Of a stretch of 49,917 bases of DNA, positions 28,477 through 38,207 are shown piece after piece (position 1 is the first letter of the stretch; each line of letters opens with the position of its first letter). Both the position numbers and the translations under genes were made by a program. This DNA is from Archaeoglobus sp. JdFR-37 (GTDB taxonomy: Archaea; Halobacteriota; Archaeoglobi; Archaeoglobales; Archaeoglobaceae). Location: NCBI GenBank assembly GCA_002010215.1, contig MTMY01000027.1:1-49917 (forward strand), read 5' to 3'. Under the pieces are notes generated by a model. It searched no databases and had not been told where the DNA came from. It saw only the letters and a program-made list of their open reading frames with translations.

Positions 28477-29649
28477 ATGAGGAAAGTTGTTAGAGGATTT
28501 TACGCAATCGCTCACGCTGTTAAGCTCTGCAAGCCCAACGTCATCTGTGCTTATCCTATAACTCCTCAGACTGAAATCGTGGAAAACCTAGCTGCAATGC
28601 ATGCTGAGGGAGAGCTGGAGAACTGCGAGTACATAACGGCTGAGAGCGAATTTGGAGCAGCAAGCATTCTGGTTGGAGCCTCTGCTGCGGGAGCAAGGAC
28701 ATTCACAGCCACAAGCTCTCAGGGCTTAATCCTGATGAGTGAGGTCCTTTACAACGCAGCAGGCATGAGGCTGCCTATCGTGATGGTTGTTGCCAACAGA
28801 GCTTTGAGCGCTCCGCTGAGCATCTGGAACGACCACCAAGACAGCATGGCAATGAGAGATGCTGGCATAATTCAAGTTTACGTTGAGAATAACCAAGAGG
28901 CCCATGACCTAGTTCCCGTTGCTTTCAGGGTAGCTGAAGATAAAAGGGTCATGCTGCCCTTCATGCTGTGTATGGACGGCTTCAAGCTCACCCATGCCTA
29001 TGAGCCAATTGAGCTGCTGGAACAAGAGATAATCGATGCCTTCCTGCCCCCCTACGATCCGCCGGTAAAGATGACAACCAAGAAGCCCCTCACCTTCGGT
29101 GCCTATGCTCCACCTCCGTATTACATGGAGTTCAGAGCCATCATGCACGATGCAATGGAGAGGGCCAGAAAGGTTATTGAGGAGGCCATGAAGGAGTGGA
29201 GCAGCATTACTGGAAGAGATTATGGTGGGCATACGTTTACAGATTATGACGAAGCTGAAGTTGCAGTTGTGGCAATGGGCTCTATTGTCAGCATGGCCAG
29301 AGACGTTGCTGAGGAGATGCGAAAAGAGGGTAAGAAAGTGGGAGTTCTGAAAATCAGGACCTTCCGCCCATTCCCTGCTGATGAAGTCAGAAAAGCTCTT
29401 GAGAACGTTGACAAGGTAATTGTGCTGGAAAGAGCACTGTCTCTCGGCTCTGACGGGCCTTTAACGCTTGAGGTTAAAAGTGCACTTTACGGAACAAGCA
29501 AGGAAATCCACACCGTCGTTGTTGGGCTTGGTGGAAGAGATGTACCGAGAGATCTGATGGTGAAGATAATATCCGAGGTTTATGAGGGTAAAGTGAAGCC
29601 CGGGTTCAGGTTTGAAGGAATTCACGAGTATGAAGAGGTGATTCCATGA
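28477..29649 (+). CDS. porA: Pyruvate:ferredoxin oxidoreductase alpha subunit
   Basis: AYPITPQT, ESE, TATSSQGL, NRALSAPLSIWNDHQD, GLGGRD. Confidence 0.93.
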   Translation: MRKVVRGFYAIAHAVKLCKPNVICAYPITPQTEIVENLAAMHAEGELENCEYITAESEFGAASILVGASAAGARTFTATSSQGLILMSEVLYNAAGMRLPIVMVVANRALSAPLSIWNDHQDSMAMRDAGIIQVYVENNQEAHDLVPVAFRVAEDKRVMLPFMLCMDGFKLTHAYEPIELLEQEIIDAFLPPYDPPVKMTTKKPLTFGAYAPPPYYMEFRAIMHDAMERARKVIEEAMKEWSSITGRDYGGHTFTDYDEAEVAVVAMGSIVSMARDVAEEMRKEGKKVGVLKIRTFRPFPADEVRKALENVDKVIVLERALSLGSDGPLTLEVKSALYGTSKEIHTVVVGLGGRDVPRDLMVKIISEVYEGKVKPGFRFEGIHEYEEVIP

Positions 29650-30524
29650 GCGAGTATTTTGCTCCCGGTCATGGTGCCTGCCCGGGATGCGGGCTGACCA
29701 TAGCCGTGCGCAACACTCTCGAAGCTCTTGAAGGGAAAGTCTTCGTATCAAATTCCACAGGATGCCTAGAGATTATAAGCTCCATGTATAACAGAAGCGC
29801 CTGGGGCGTGCCCTACATCCACTCCCTCTTCGAAAATGCCGGAGCGGTCGCTGCAGGCATTGAGGCAGCTTTAAAAGCCCTTGGCAGGAAGGATGAAGGT
29901 CATGTAGTGGTCTTCGCAGGAGATGGAGCAACGGCTGACATTGGTATTGGAACGCTTTCCGGCATGTTCGACAGAAATCATGACGTTCTCTATATCTGCC
30001 TAGATAACGAAGCGTATCAGAACACCGGAAATCAGCAGAGTGGTTTGACGCCACCAGGAGCCAACACAACCACAACACCGGCAGGAAAGATAATGCCCGG
30101 GAAGCTGGGAAGGAAGAAAGATATGGTGAGCATTGCAGTTGCCCACGGCATCCCCTATGTTGCATCAGCCAGCGTCGCCTTCCCCATGGATATTCGCAGA
30201 AAGGTAAAAAGGGCCGTTGAATTTGAGGGGGCCAAGTACATTCAGATACACTGCCCCTGCGTTACAGGGTGGGGTATTCAGGGCAAAGATGCGGTTCCGC
30301 TGGCAAGGCTTGCAGTTGAGACTGCCTTATATCCTATTGTGGAATTTGAAAACGGCGAATTGGTTAAGGTCAGGAAGATAAAGGACAGAAAACCAGTGGA
30401 GGAGTATCTAAAGCCTCAGAGGCGTTTCAGACATCTCTTCAGACATCCTGAAGGAAAGAAAATATTGGAGATGATCCAGAAGATTGCTGATGAGAATGCT
30501 AAACGCTACAATCTTGACATTTAA
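29646..30524 (+). CDS. porB: Pyruvate:ferredoxin oxidoreductase beta subunit
   Basis: GHGACPGCG, TGCLE, GDG TPP motif, DNEAYQNTG, CPC..GW. Confidence 0.93.
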   Translation: MSEYFAPGHGACPGCGLTIAVRNTLEALEGKVFVSNSTGCLEIISSMYNRSAWGVPYIHSLFENAGAVAAGIEAALKALGRKDEGHVVVFAGDGATADIGIGTLSGMFDRNHDVLYICLDNEAYQNTGNQQSGLTPPGANTTTTPAGKIMPGKLGRKKDMVSIAVAHGIPYVASASVAFPMDIRRKVKRAVEFEGAKYIQIHCPCVTGWGIQGKDAVPLARLAVETALYPIVEFENGELVKVRKIKDRKPVEEYLKPQRRFRHLFRHPEGKKILEMIQKIADENAKRYNLDI

Positions 30525-30576
30525 CTTTTTTATTGATGATTGATGTAGGACGATGAATGAAGGATTATAAAGGACA

Positions 30577-31347
30577 ATGATGAAGCCCGAAGAAGCTCTT
30601 GAAATTTCAAGGCATGTAGCAGAAGAAGTCAGAAGGGCTGTTGAGCCACTAGCTGGCAGAAGAGCTGCAGCAAAAGAGGTAGGTATGGGGAAAGATGGAA
30701 CGCCCACGAAGCTCATAGATAAGGTAGCAGAGGATGCGGCGATAAGGGTTCTGACGGAGTACAATCTGACGGTAGTGAGTGAAGAGGCTGGAGTTACAGG
30801 TAAAGGAGATACAGTGGTTGCTCTAGACCCAATTGATGGTACATTCAATGCAACGAGAGGAGTTCCAATATACTCCGTTGCTCTGTGCTTCTCTTCAAGC
30901 CAAAGACTGGAGGATGTTTTTTTCGGATACGTAACGAATCTTGCAACTGGAGATGAATGGTACGCCGATGAGGTGGCGTATAAGAACGGGGAGCAGATAG
31001 AGGTATCCAAAAGAGAGAGTATAAACTGCAACGCCATTATGTACTACCCCACGAGAGATTATGGCTTCAGAAGAGTGAGAATTTTCGGCAGTGCAGCTCT
31101 AGAAATATGCTTTGTGGCAGACGGCTCTTTTGACTGTTTCATAGACATCAGAAACAATGGTGGGAAAGGATTGCTGAGGGTTTATGACGTTGCAGCCTCA
31201 ATATACATTGCATCAAAGGCAGGGGCAGTTGTTAGCGACCATGAGGGCAGAGAGATCTGGCAGAAAAGAATAAGCATGGATGAGAGATTCAAATTGGTTA
31301 TTGCGAATCAGAAGCTGCATAACAGGCTTCTGGAGATCTTGAAATGA
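30577..31347 (+). CDS. suhB: Inositol monophosphatase / FBPase-family phosphatase
   Basis: SEE, DPIDGT, RIFGSAALE, YDVAA. Confidence 0.9.
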   Translation: MMKPEEALEISRHVAEEVRRAVEPLAGRRAAAKEVGMGKDGTPTKLIDKVAEDAAIRVLTEYNLTVVSEEAGVTGKGDTVVALDPIDGTFNATRGVPIYSVALCFSSSQRLEDVFFGYVTNLATGDEWYADEVAYKNGEQIEVSKRESINCNAIMYYPTRDYGFRRVRIFGSAALEICFVADGSFDCFIDIRNNGGKGLLRVYDVAASIYIASKAGAVVSDHEGREIWQKRISMDERFKLVIANQKLHNRLLEILK

Positions 31348-32123
31348 AGGCTGCGGTAGTTTATAAATATGACTCTATTGGAATTGCTGAAGAAGCTAGG
31401 AAATTTATCGAGGAGAGTATCTGCTCAGCTGAAATCTTTCACATTCCTGATAAACGCCTAGAAGGTTACGATTTCATAGTTTCAGTTGGAGGAGATGGTA
31501 CAATTCTCAGAATTCTCCAAGAAGTACTGAAGTGTCCTCCGATATTCGGAATTAACACTGGAAGAATTGGGTTGCTCACCCACGCAAACCCTGAAAATTT
31601 CAGAGACATCCTGCCAGGGATTATAGATAGATGGGAAATCGAAGAATTCATGAGGATTGAGGCTGAAATAAACGGAAAAGTCATGATGAGGGCGTTGAAT
31701 GAAGTAGCATTCCTCAGCAACACTCCCGCCCGTTTGATAGGGTTGAAGGTATCCGTGGATGGTGTTGAGATAGAAGATATGAGGTGCGACGGAATGCTCT
31801 TCGCAACTCCCATCGGCTCTACAGCATATGCCCTATCTTCAGGGGGTCCCATAATCGACCCATATCTGGAATCAATCCTCATCGTTCCTGTTGCACCCTT
31901 TAGGCTGGGTTGGAAGCCGTGGGTAATAAAACATGACAGGAGAATCGAAATTGAGGTTTCCAAAGAGAGAAACGCTCTAGCAATTTCAGATGGACAGAAA
32001 ATTTTGGAAGTTGGGAATGACGACGAAGTGGCTGTTTTCAGGTCCCAGTTTCCTGCTGTCTTTTTCAGAAGTGGATTCAACAGGCTTGAGAGGATAAGAG
32101 GGAAGTTAATGTCTCTTCGATAA
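31344..32123 (+). CDS. nadK: NAD kinase
   Basis: GGDGT, LNE, DG...ATPIGSTAYALSSGGP. Confidence 0.93.
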   Translation: MKAAVVYKYDSIGIAEEARKFIEESICSAEIFHIPDKRLEGYDFIVSVGGDGTILRILQEVLKCPPIFGINTGRIGLLTHANPENFRDILPGIIDRWEIEEFMRIEAEINGKVMMRALNEVAFLSNTPARLIGLKVSVDGVEIEDMRCDGMLFATPIGSTAYALSSGGPIIDPYLESILIVPVAPFRLGWKPWVIKHDRRIEIEVSKERNALAISDGQKILEVGNDDEVAVFRSQFPAVFFRSGFNRLERIRGKLMSLR

Positions 32124-32138
32124 TCTTGAGGTGATTAC

Positions 32139-32960
32139 ATGCTTCTTCTTCTTGGCCTCATAGGGCATCCCGTTGCCCACAGTGTATCTCCAGCAATGCA
32201 TCAGGCAGCAATGAAGGAGCTAGGGATAGAAGGAGCGTATCTGGCTTTCGATGTTCTGCCTGAGAATTTGAGGGATGCAGTATTTGGTGCTAGGGCTCTG
32301 GGATTCAAAGGTTTAAACGTCACAATTCCACACAAGGAAACCGTTGCAAGATATCTTCGTCTGAAGGAAGAGGCTGAGGCGATAAAGGCTGTGAATACCA
32401 TAAAGCTGGACGACATGACTGGCTACAACACCGATGTTTACGGTGCAATGAAAGCACTTGAGGAAGCAGGCTTCAAGGCGAGAGGAAAAAGGTCCCTGAT
32501 TGTGGGAGCAGGAGGAGCGGCTAAGGCTATAGGTTACGGGCTGATAAGAGTGGGAGCAAAGCTTGTTGTTACAAACAGAACACCATCGCGAGGCATAGAA
32601 CTTGCTAATTTCCTCAGGAAATTTGGGCCATGCACTTTTATCCACTTTGACAAGCTTCACGAGTTAAGGGGGCGGATAAACCTGATTATCAACGCCACTC
32701 CGCTGGGGATGGAGGGGTTTGAAGAACGCCTTCCCGTTCCTCCAGCCCTTCTTGAGAGGGTCACGGTTTTTGACACCGTTTACAATCCAATGGAAACTCT
32801 TCTGATAAAAGAAGCCAAGAAGAGGGGTTGCAGGGTGGTTTACGGGATTGAAATGCTCGTCCATCAGGGTGCCAAGAGCTTCGAGATATGGGCTGGCATG
32901 GAGCCCCCAGTTGAAGTTATGAGGGATGCTGCCTTAAGGGCTTTGGGAAGTATGAGGTAA
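32139..32960 (+). CDS. aroE: Shikimate dehydrogenase
   Basis: HSVSPAMH, NVTIPHK, AVNT, NTD, GAGGAA, NATPLGM. Confidence 0.95.
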   Translation: MLLLLGLIGHPVAHSVSPAMHQAAMKELGIEGAYLAFDVLPENLRDAVFGARALGFKGLNVTIPHKETVARYLRLKEEAEAIKAVNTIKLDDMTGYNTDVYGAMKALEEAGFKARGKRSLIVGAGGAAKAIGYGLIRVGAKLVVTNRTPSRGIELANFLRKFGPCTFIHFDKLHELRGRINLIINATPLGMEGFEERLPVPPALLERVTVFDTVYNPMETLLIKEAKKRGCRVVYGIEMLVHQGAKSFEIWAGMEPPVEVMRDAALRALGSMR

Positions 32961-32985
32961 CGGGATTCATAACTGGCTCAAACAT

Positions 32986-33354
32986 TCACATATCCGAACT
33001 TTCTGATTCAATCTTCATTTTGTTTCCTTTGTACAGTATAATCTTTACTTTCTCTTCAGTAACGATTCCTTCGCCAATAATCTCCATCAATCTCGGCTTG
33101 ATCTTGTCTATTCTCTCCTTTTTATCAACAACTTCTATCACGATAGGCAAATCCGTTGAGAGCCGAAGTATGGACGTTGTGTGTATTCTGCTGGTTTTTC
33201 CGTAGCCATAGATACCCCTCAAAACTGTGGCTCCAGCCAGACCTTCCTTTTTAAACATCTCCACAAGATATTTATAAAGGGGTTTACCCTCGTATCTGTC
33301 TGATTCACCGATGAATATTCTCAAGAGGATAGCTTCCTCCTCCTTTTTCTCCAT
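32986..33354 (-). CDS. DUF190 (PII-like) protein
   Basis: LRIFIGESD, LAGATVLRGIYGYG, LSTDLPIVIEVVD; lies downstream of crcB. Confidence 0.88.
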   Translation of the reverse strand: MEKKEEEAILLRIFIGESDRYEGKPLYKYLVEMFKKEGLAGATVLRGIYGYGKTSRIHTTSILRLSTDLPIVIEVVDKKERIDKIKPRLMEIIGEGIVTEEKVKIILYKGNKMKIESESSDM

Positions 33355-33355
33355 C

Positions 33356-33736
33356 TCAGTGCCTCCACAATCCAATAGCAACAACTTTACCCAGATACAC
33401 GGCCAGCAGTGAGAGAGTAACGGTTCCCACTAAATTTAAGGCAAATAAAACAATTTCCTTTTGTTCAAGAAATCTGAAAGTTTCGTAGCCAAATGTGGAC
33501 ATTGTGGTGAATGAGCTCACGAATCCTATTGTCAGAAAGGTCCTCATTTCAGTGCTGAAAAACCCTTCATATTCCGAGAGATACATTATCAGACCCAGCA
33601 TGAAGCTGCCGATGACATTTACTGCAAGAGTTCCCAGAGGAAAGTCTAAAACACCATTTTGAATCCATCCGCCAATGAGGTATCTTAGCACTGCCCCCAG
33701 AAAGCCACCGATGCCTATCAGCAGCAAATTACTCAT
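33356..33736 (-). CDS. crcB: Fluoride channel Fluc/CrcB
   Basis: GGFLGAVLRY, FPLGTLAVNVIGS, GFVSSFTTMSTF. Confidence 0.95.
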   Translation of the reverse strand: MSNLLLIGIGGFLGAVLRYLIGGWIQNGVLDFPLGTLAVNVIGSFMLGLIMYLSEYEGFFSTEMRTFLTIGFVSSFTTMSTFGYETFRFLEQKEIVLFALNLVGTVTLSLLAVYLGKVVAIGLWRH

Positions 33737-34656
33737 GTTTGCCCCTCGCCTGAGATTTTCACCATCTGCATCTCCTTCAGAATCCTCAAACTTACAATCG
33801 CGTAATAGGTATCTTCCAGAGTTGAGATGCCCCCGTAGATGCTCCTTCTAAAACCACCATTAGCGATCTGGAGAGATGCAATGTATTTCAGAATTTTACG
33901 ACATCTATGGGCGAGATACCTAAATCCAAGAACTTTAAGGCATAAAAGGGAGTAGTAAGTCTCTTCCAGGTATGGCGGGTAACCTCCAGGAGATTTTGTG
34001 AAACTCCCTGTTGGGCATTCGTGCTGCCTGATGAAAGAAATGACATCATTGCCTTCCTCAATTCTGTTGTAGAGGATGTAAAGGCAGTAATACACCTCCT
34101 GAAGGCTTGGAGAACTGACCCCAAATCCTCCCTCTTTCCTGAACTTTTCTACGAAATCTTTCACGTCATCCGGGATGTTTTTGCCGAGCAATCTCAGGGA
34201 GCACGAGATGATGCATATCTCTCTCAGTATGCTGGGCAGGTTGAAGGAGTACGTGGCTGTAGTGCCCCTATAGTAATCTATGATTCGCGAAGGCTGGGTA
34301 AACCTTTCGAGAATTTCCTTAAGTCTTCTAAGTAGGAAGCTACTCAAATCCGATAATTTTTCCTCCAGTAGCTTCAGGCAGTTGAATGTGTAGAATATGG
34401 CGTATGGTTCAATCTTTATACTGCCATTGAGGAGCTTCACAGGCTCTTCTCTGCGGAATATTTCGGCACTGATGGCTTTCAGCACATATACTGCGTAGTA
34501 GGTCTCAGGCAGAGAAGATGGCAATGGTTTGCAGAAGGCAAAGCCCCCGTCTGCAGCTCTTCTGGAAAGCACGAAATTCTTCAGCTTTTTGATGTCTGTA
34601 TCTCTCGCTTCTCCTAATCCTTCAAATAACAATCCAGTAACATGCGGGATCAGCAC
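33733..34656 (-). CDS. Prenyltransferase/squalene-oxidase repeat (alpha/alpha-barrel) protein
   Basis: Four repeats (DGGF, EGGF, TGSF, NGGF), each followed by an E/DxYY helix; first gene after the riboswitch. Confidence 0.75.
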   Translation of the reverse strand: MLIPHVTGLLFEGLGEARDTDIKKLKNFVLSRRAADGGFAFCKPLPSSLPETYYAVYVLKAISAEIFRREEPVKLLNGSIKIEPYAIFYTFNCLKLLEEKLSDLSSFLLRRLKEILERFTQPSRIIDYYRGTTATYSFNLPSILREICIISCSLRLLGKNIPDDVKDFVEKFRKEGGFGVSSPSLQEVYYCLYILYNRIEEGNDVISFIRQHECPTGSFTKSPGGYPPYLEETYYSLLCLKVLGFRYLAHRCRKILKYIASLQIANGGFRRSIYGGISTLEDTYYAIVSLRILKEMQMVKISGEGQT

Positions 34657-34675
34657 CCACCTCCAGCGTGCAGAA

Positions 34676-34722
34676 CAGGCGTCATCAGCCTTAACGGCGG
34701 TTAAGGGTGGACGCCATCACCC
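34676..34722 (-). ncRNA. Fluoride riboswitch (crcB motif)
   Basis: Minus strand GGGTGATGGCGTCCACCCTTAACCGCCGTTAAGGCTGATGACGCCTG: P1 GGGTG/CACCC, GATGG, AAC, GCTGATGAC, pseudoknot GGCGTC/GACGCC; upstream of crcB. Confidence 0.93.
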
Positions 34723-34748
34723 GCAACGTCTGCTTAATGCAGGAGTTT

Positions 34749-34760
34749 GTTATATATCCT
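34749..34760 (-). promoter_or_regulatory. TATA box for the riboswitch-crcB operon
   Basis: Minus strand AGGATATATAAC about 26 nt upstream of the aptamer 5' end. Confidence 0.7.
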
Positions 34761-34842
34761 TTATGCTGGGGTCAGCATCATTAGCCACAGTCGCCATCGT
34801 TTCTCCCCACAAAAATTTTAACCTCATCACAGATGCAACTCC

Positions 34843-35736
34843 ATGGAAATTTACGAAGTTAATAATGGCGTTTACTGCGTTGACACTCTGGTTGGAGGTC
34901 AGAAAGAAGCAATTTCATGCTTCATCTTGGACTTTGAGCGTGCAGCAATTGTTGAGGCTGGCCCAATCTCCACTTATAGAACGCTCTTGGAAGCTCTGGA
35001 TGAGATTGGAGTGAGAAAGGACAGGGTTCGATACATTGCAGTCACCCACATCCATCTTGACCACGGAGGAGCATCCGGGGCTCTGTTAAAAGAATTACCT
35101 GAAGCCAAGGTCATAACTCATCCTCTGGGAGTGAAACATCTCGTAGACCCGTCGAAGTTATGGAAAGTTTCGAGCTCCATCCTCGGCAGCCTCGCCGACA
35201 TTTACGGCCAGCCATTACCCGTTGAGGCAAATCGCATAATAGCTGCTGAAGATGGATTGAAGGTAACTTTGAGCGGAGAGGAGTTGGTAGTTCTCCATTC
35301 TCCTGGCCACGCACCCCATCATGCAGCTTTCTTCCTAGAAAACAGCAGAATACTATTTCCGGGAGATGCGGCAGGTATGTTCATGGACGGTTATCTGATA
35401 CCCACCACTCCCCCGCCTTTTAGGCTCGACCTAGCCGTAAAAAGCCTAGAAAGGTTTGAAGGGTTGAACCCATTGTACATCGGCTTCACCCATTTTGGAA
35501 TGAGCCAGGCCGATGATTATCTGGATAAAGCTATAGAGAAAAAGAAGTTGTGGGTTCAGGTGGCAGAAGAGGTTGTTGAAGCTGGTGGGGGAGTTGAGGA
35601 ACTCCATGCGAAATTGCTGGAGGTGGATGAGGATTACAGAAACTTGTGCAGGTATTATTCCAGCTCAGACATAATTCTGAGAATGTACAAGGTAGGATTG
35701 ATGGGTCTGGTTGAATTCGTCAGGAATGGACGATGA
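34843..35736 (+). CDS. MBL-fold metallo-hydrolase
   Basis: THIHLDHGG, PGHAPHH, GDAAG, THFG. Confidence 0.9.
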   Translation: MEIYEVNNGVYCVDTLVGGQKEAISCFILDFERAAIVEAGPISTYRTLLEALDEIGVRKDRVRYIAVTHIHLDHGGASGALLKELPEAKVITHPLGVKHLVDPSKLWKVSSSILGSLADIYGQPLPVEANRIIAAEDGLKVTLSGEELVVLHSPGHAPHHAAFFLENSRILFPGDAAGMFMDGYLIPTTPPPFRLDLAVKSLERFEGLNPLYIGFTHFGMSQADDYLDKAIEKKKLWVQVAEEVVEAGGGVEELHAKLLEVDEDYRNLCRYYSSSDIILRMYKVGLMGLVEFVRNGR

Positions 35737-35796
35737 TGGAGTGCTGGAGGATTAAAAATTAAAAACTAGAGAAATGGGGGGAAAGGAGGAAGAAAA

Positions 35797-36348
35797 ATGA
35801 AACTGAATTTTATAACATCCAACGAGGGGAAATTCAGAGAAGCGAGAGAAATAGCCTCTTCTTATGGTATAGAGGTGGCATGGCTGAAAATGAAATATGA
35901 CGAATTTCAGGGAGACACACTTGAGGAAATAGCCGTTAAGAGTGCCAAGGCACTGTCGAAAGCAATAGGAGAGCCTTTTTTCATCGAGGACAGCGGACTC
36001 TTCGTGGAAGCGCTTAACGGCTTCCCAGGTGTTTACTCATCCTATGTTCTGAAAACTATAGGCAATCCGGGGATTCTTAAGCTGATGGATGGGGTAGAGA
36101 ACAGAAAAGCATACTTTGAAGCAGTAATAGCTTTCTATGATGGTAGCGAAATCCATACGTTCGTCGGAAGGGTTGAGGGAGAGATAGCAGAGGAGATGAG
36201 AGGTGAGAAGGGATTTGGTTACGACCCAATATTTCTCTACGGAGACAGAACCTTTGCGGAGATGGGGGAAGCAAAGAATGCAGTCAGCCACAGAAGAAGA
36301 GCCCTTGAGAACTTTCTGAGGTGGCTCTCAGAAAACTTTTTAAGCTAA
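35797..36348 (+). CDS. rdgB: XTP/dITP diphosphatase (Ham1 family)
   Basis: [28 protein letters not shown]. Confidence 0.95.
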   Translation: MKLNFITSNEGKFREAREIASSYGIEVAWLKMKYDEFQGDTLEEIAVKSAKALSKAIGEPFFIEDSGLFVEALNGFPGVYSSYVLKTIGNPGILKLMDGVENRKAYFEAVIAFYDGSEIHTFVGRVEGEIAEEMRGEKGFGYDPIFLYGDRTFAEMGEAKNAVSHRRRALENFLRWLSENFLS

Positions 36349-36378
36349 CCATCCTTTGCCCTTTCAGGTGGTGCTAAC

Positions 36379-36834
36379 ATGGCTAGGATGCACGCAAGAA
36401 GAAGGGGAAGCTCAGGATCAAAAAGGGTTTATCGTGATTCTCCTCCAGAATGGGTAGACATGAATCCCGAAGAAGTAGAAAAGAAAATTCTGGAGCTTTA
36501 CGAAGAAGGTTACGAGCCAAGCATGATCGGGATGATTCTCAGAGATCGCTATGGCATTCCTTCTGTTAAGCAAGTGACTGGAAAGAAAATCCTTCAGATA
36601 CTGAGGGAGAAAAGCGAGGTTGGAATGCCGGAAGACCTTAAGTCTCTGATAATGAAAGCCATCAGGCTGAGACAGCACATCAATCAGCACAAGAAAGACT
36701 ATCACAACAAGAGAGGGCTCCAGCTTATAGAGGCAAAGATATGGAGGCTCAGTAACTACTACAAGGAAAAGGGAGTTCTACCGGCTGGCTGGAAGTATGA
36801 TCCAGAGAAGCTCAGAATTGCTTTAACCAGATAA
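36379..36834 (+). CDS. rps15: 30S ribosomal protein uS15 (S15P/S13e)
   Basis: MARMHARRRGSSGS, IGMILRD.YGIP, KDYHNKRGLQLIEAKI.RL..YYK. Confidence 0.97.
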   Translation: MARMHARRRGSSGSKRVYRDSPPEWVDMNPEEVEKKILELYEEGYEPSMIGMILRDRYGIPSVKQVTGKKILQILREKSEVGMPEDLKSLIMKAIRLRQHINQHKKDYHNKRGLQLIEAKIWRLSNYYKEKGVLPAGWKYDPEKLRIALTR

Positions 36835-36842
36835 TAGGTAAT

Positions 36843-37226
36843 ATGCCCTTTTTAAGGGGACATCACCTCATATGCCTAAATTTTTTTAAAGGAGAAGGTT
36901 ACAGTAAGGAGTTTGTGGAAGCTCTCTTTTCAGTTCTGTCCAGTGAGAAATTTACAATCTCAGAAGGTTTTGATGACGTTTGCAAGGCATGTCCAGGATG
37001 GCAGGGGTTGCAGAAAGGGTGCAGCACCTACGGAGAGGACTACATTCGGAGAATAGATTCCCTCGCCCTGTCTCTCCTGAAATTTAAACCTGGAGATAAA
37101 GTGAGCTGGAATGAGGTCAGGGAAAGGCTAAAAAGTACCATAGGTAACTGGAAGAAAGAAGTCTGCTCCGATTGCGAATGGGTCAGGGTTTGCAGTGAGA
37201 GTCAGGAGTGGAGGGAGTGGAAATAA
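36843..37226 (+). CDS. DUF1284 family Cys/His metal-binding protein
   Basis: LRGHHLICL...GEGYS..F, DDVCKACP, CSDCEW...C. Confidence 0.82.
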   Translation: MPFLRGHHLICLNFFKGEGYSKEFVEALFSVLSSEKFTISEGFDDVCKACPGWQGLQKGCSTYGEDYIRRIDSLALSLLKFKPGDKVSWNEVRERLKSTIGNWKKEVCSDCEWVRVCSESQEWREWK

Positions 37227-37660
37227 CTTTGAGGCCGAGGCCTTTGAAAGAAGAAATAATAGCAAGAGGCCACCCCAATATTACAGCGTCACACTACAAC
37301 ACCTTTCAGATTACCAAGGAGAGCAGCATATCCCGGCAGGCAGACTGCGTGATTGGTGTTGAGGCTGATAAATCCATATCAGAGCTTTCCGAGGAGATCA
37401 AGAAGGAACTCAGGGCTGGGAAGGAGCTCAAAATTATACTCAAACTCCCGGATTACGGAGTTGGAGAGGAGATACATGCTGTTGGAGCCCCTTCAGATTT
37501 TTCGCATCCCACTGATATTGTAGTCAGGAAAAGCTATTATGTTTGCAGCAGAACTCTCGCCATAAAGGCAGATAAGGCGGCAAAGGATATATCCAGGGAA
37601 ATGGTGGAGCTTTTAAAGCTCCCAGATACTCTCTTGGTTTTTGAAATCCTGGTTTTCTGA
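37208..37660 (+). CDS. DUF371 family protein
   Basis: ARGHPNITASH..TFQITKE, DCVIGV.ADK, VRKS.Y.CSRTL.I.ADKAA; start possibly GTG 37217. Confidence 0.85.
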   Translation: MEGVEITLRPRPLKEEIIARGHPNITASHYNTFQITKESSISRQADCVIGVEADKSISELSEEIKKELRAGKELKIILKLPDYGVGEEIHAVGAPSDFSHPTDIVVRKSYYVCSRTLAIKADKAAKDISREMVELLKLPDTLLVFEILVF

Positions 37661-37765
37661 TTTATCAGTTCTGAGTTCGGTTCTGAGTTCTCGGAGTTCA
37701 CAGAGTTTAAAGGCTGGATATTGTTGAGCAGAAAGATATATATTTGATGGATTATAATTGCCCCC

Positions 37766-38164
37766 ATGGAGCCTCTTGAAGGGCTTCGCAGAAAGCTCGC
37801 AGCTCACATTGCTCTTTCAGTCATTCTTGGCCTTCTGATTTTTCTCTGGTGGTATGGTCTCTATGCTATACTCCTCACATTCAGGCTTTTTATGAATCCA
37901 CCCTACGTGCTACTGGTGTTTTCCCTCCTTTTCATCATCTTCTCTGTCCTGATTCAGCACAGGAATGTTGAGTTTCCCTATTATTTGATGGGTGGCGCAT
38001 TGCTTAGCCTTCTCGTAACTTTCGTAATTGTGTGCGCCGTAAATGGCGTCGTATGGATTCTGAGCAATGGTTTGCCTGATGCTGATTTTCTGATTACCGC
38101 CATCTCAATTTCAATGCTTGCTGGCTTTGTGAGCATCAAATTCGTTGAGGGGAGGATGTGGTGA
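37766..38164 (+). CDS. Four-helix membrane protein, unknown function
   Basis: Four hydrophobic segments; TATATA box about 25 nt upstream. Confidence 0.75.
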   Translation: MEPLEGLRRKLAAHIALSVILGLLIFLWWYGLYAILLTFRLFMNPPYVLLVFSLLFIIFSVLIQHRNVEFPYYLMGGALLSLLVTFVIVCAVNGVVWILSNGLPDADFLITAISISMLAGFVSIKFVEGRMW

Positions 38165-38207
38165 GCTTAGGATTCGAGAGCATCAGATGCTGAATAATGG
38201 AATTATA

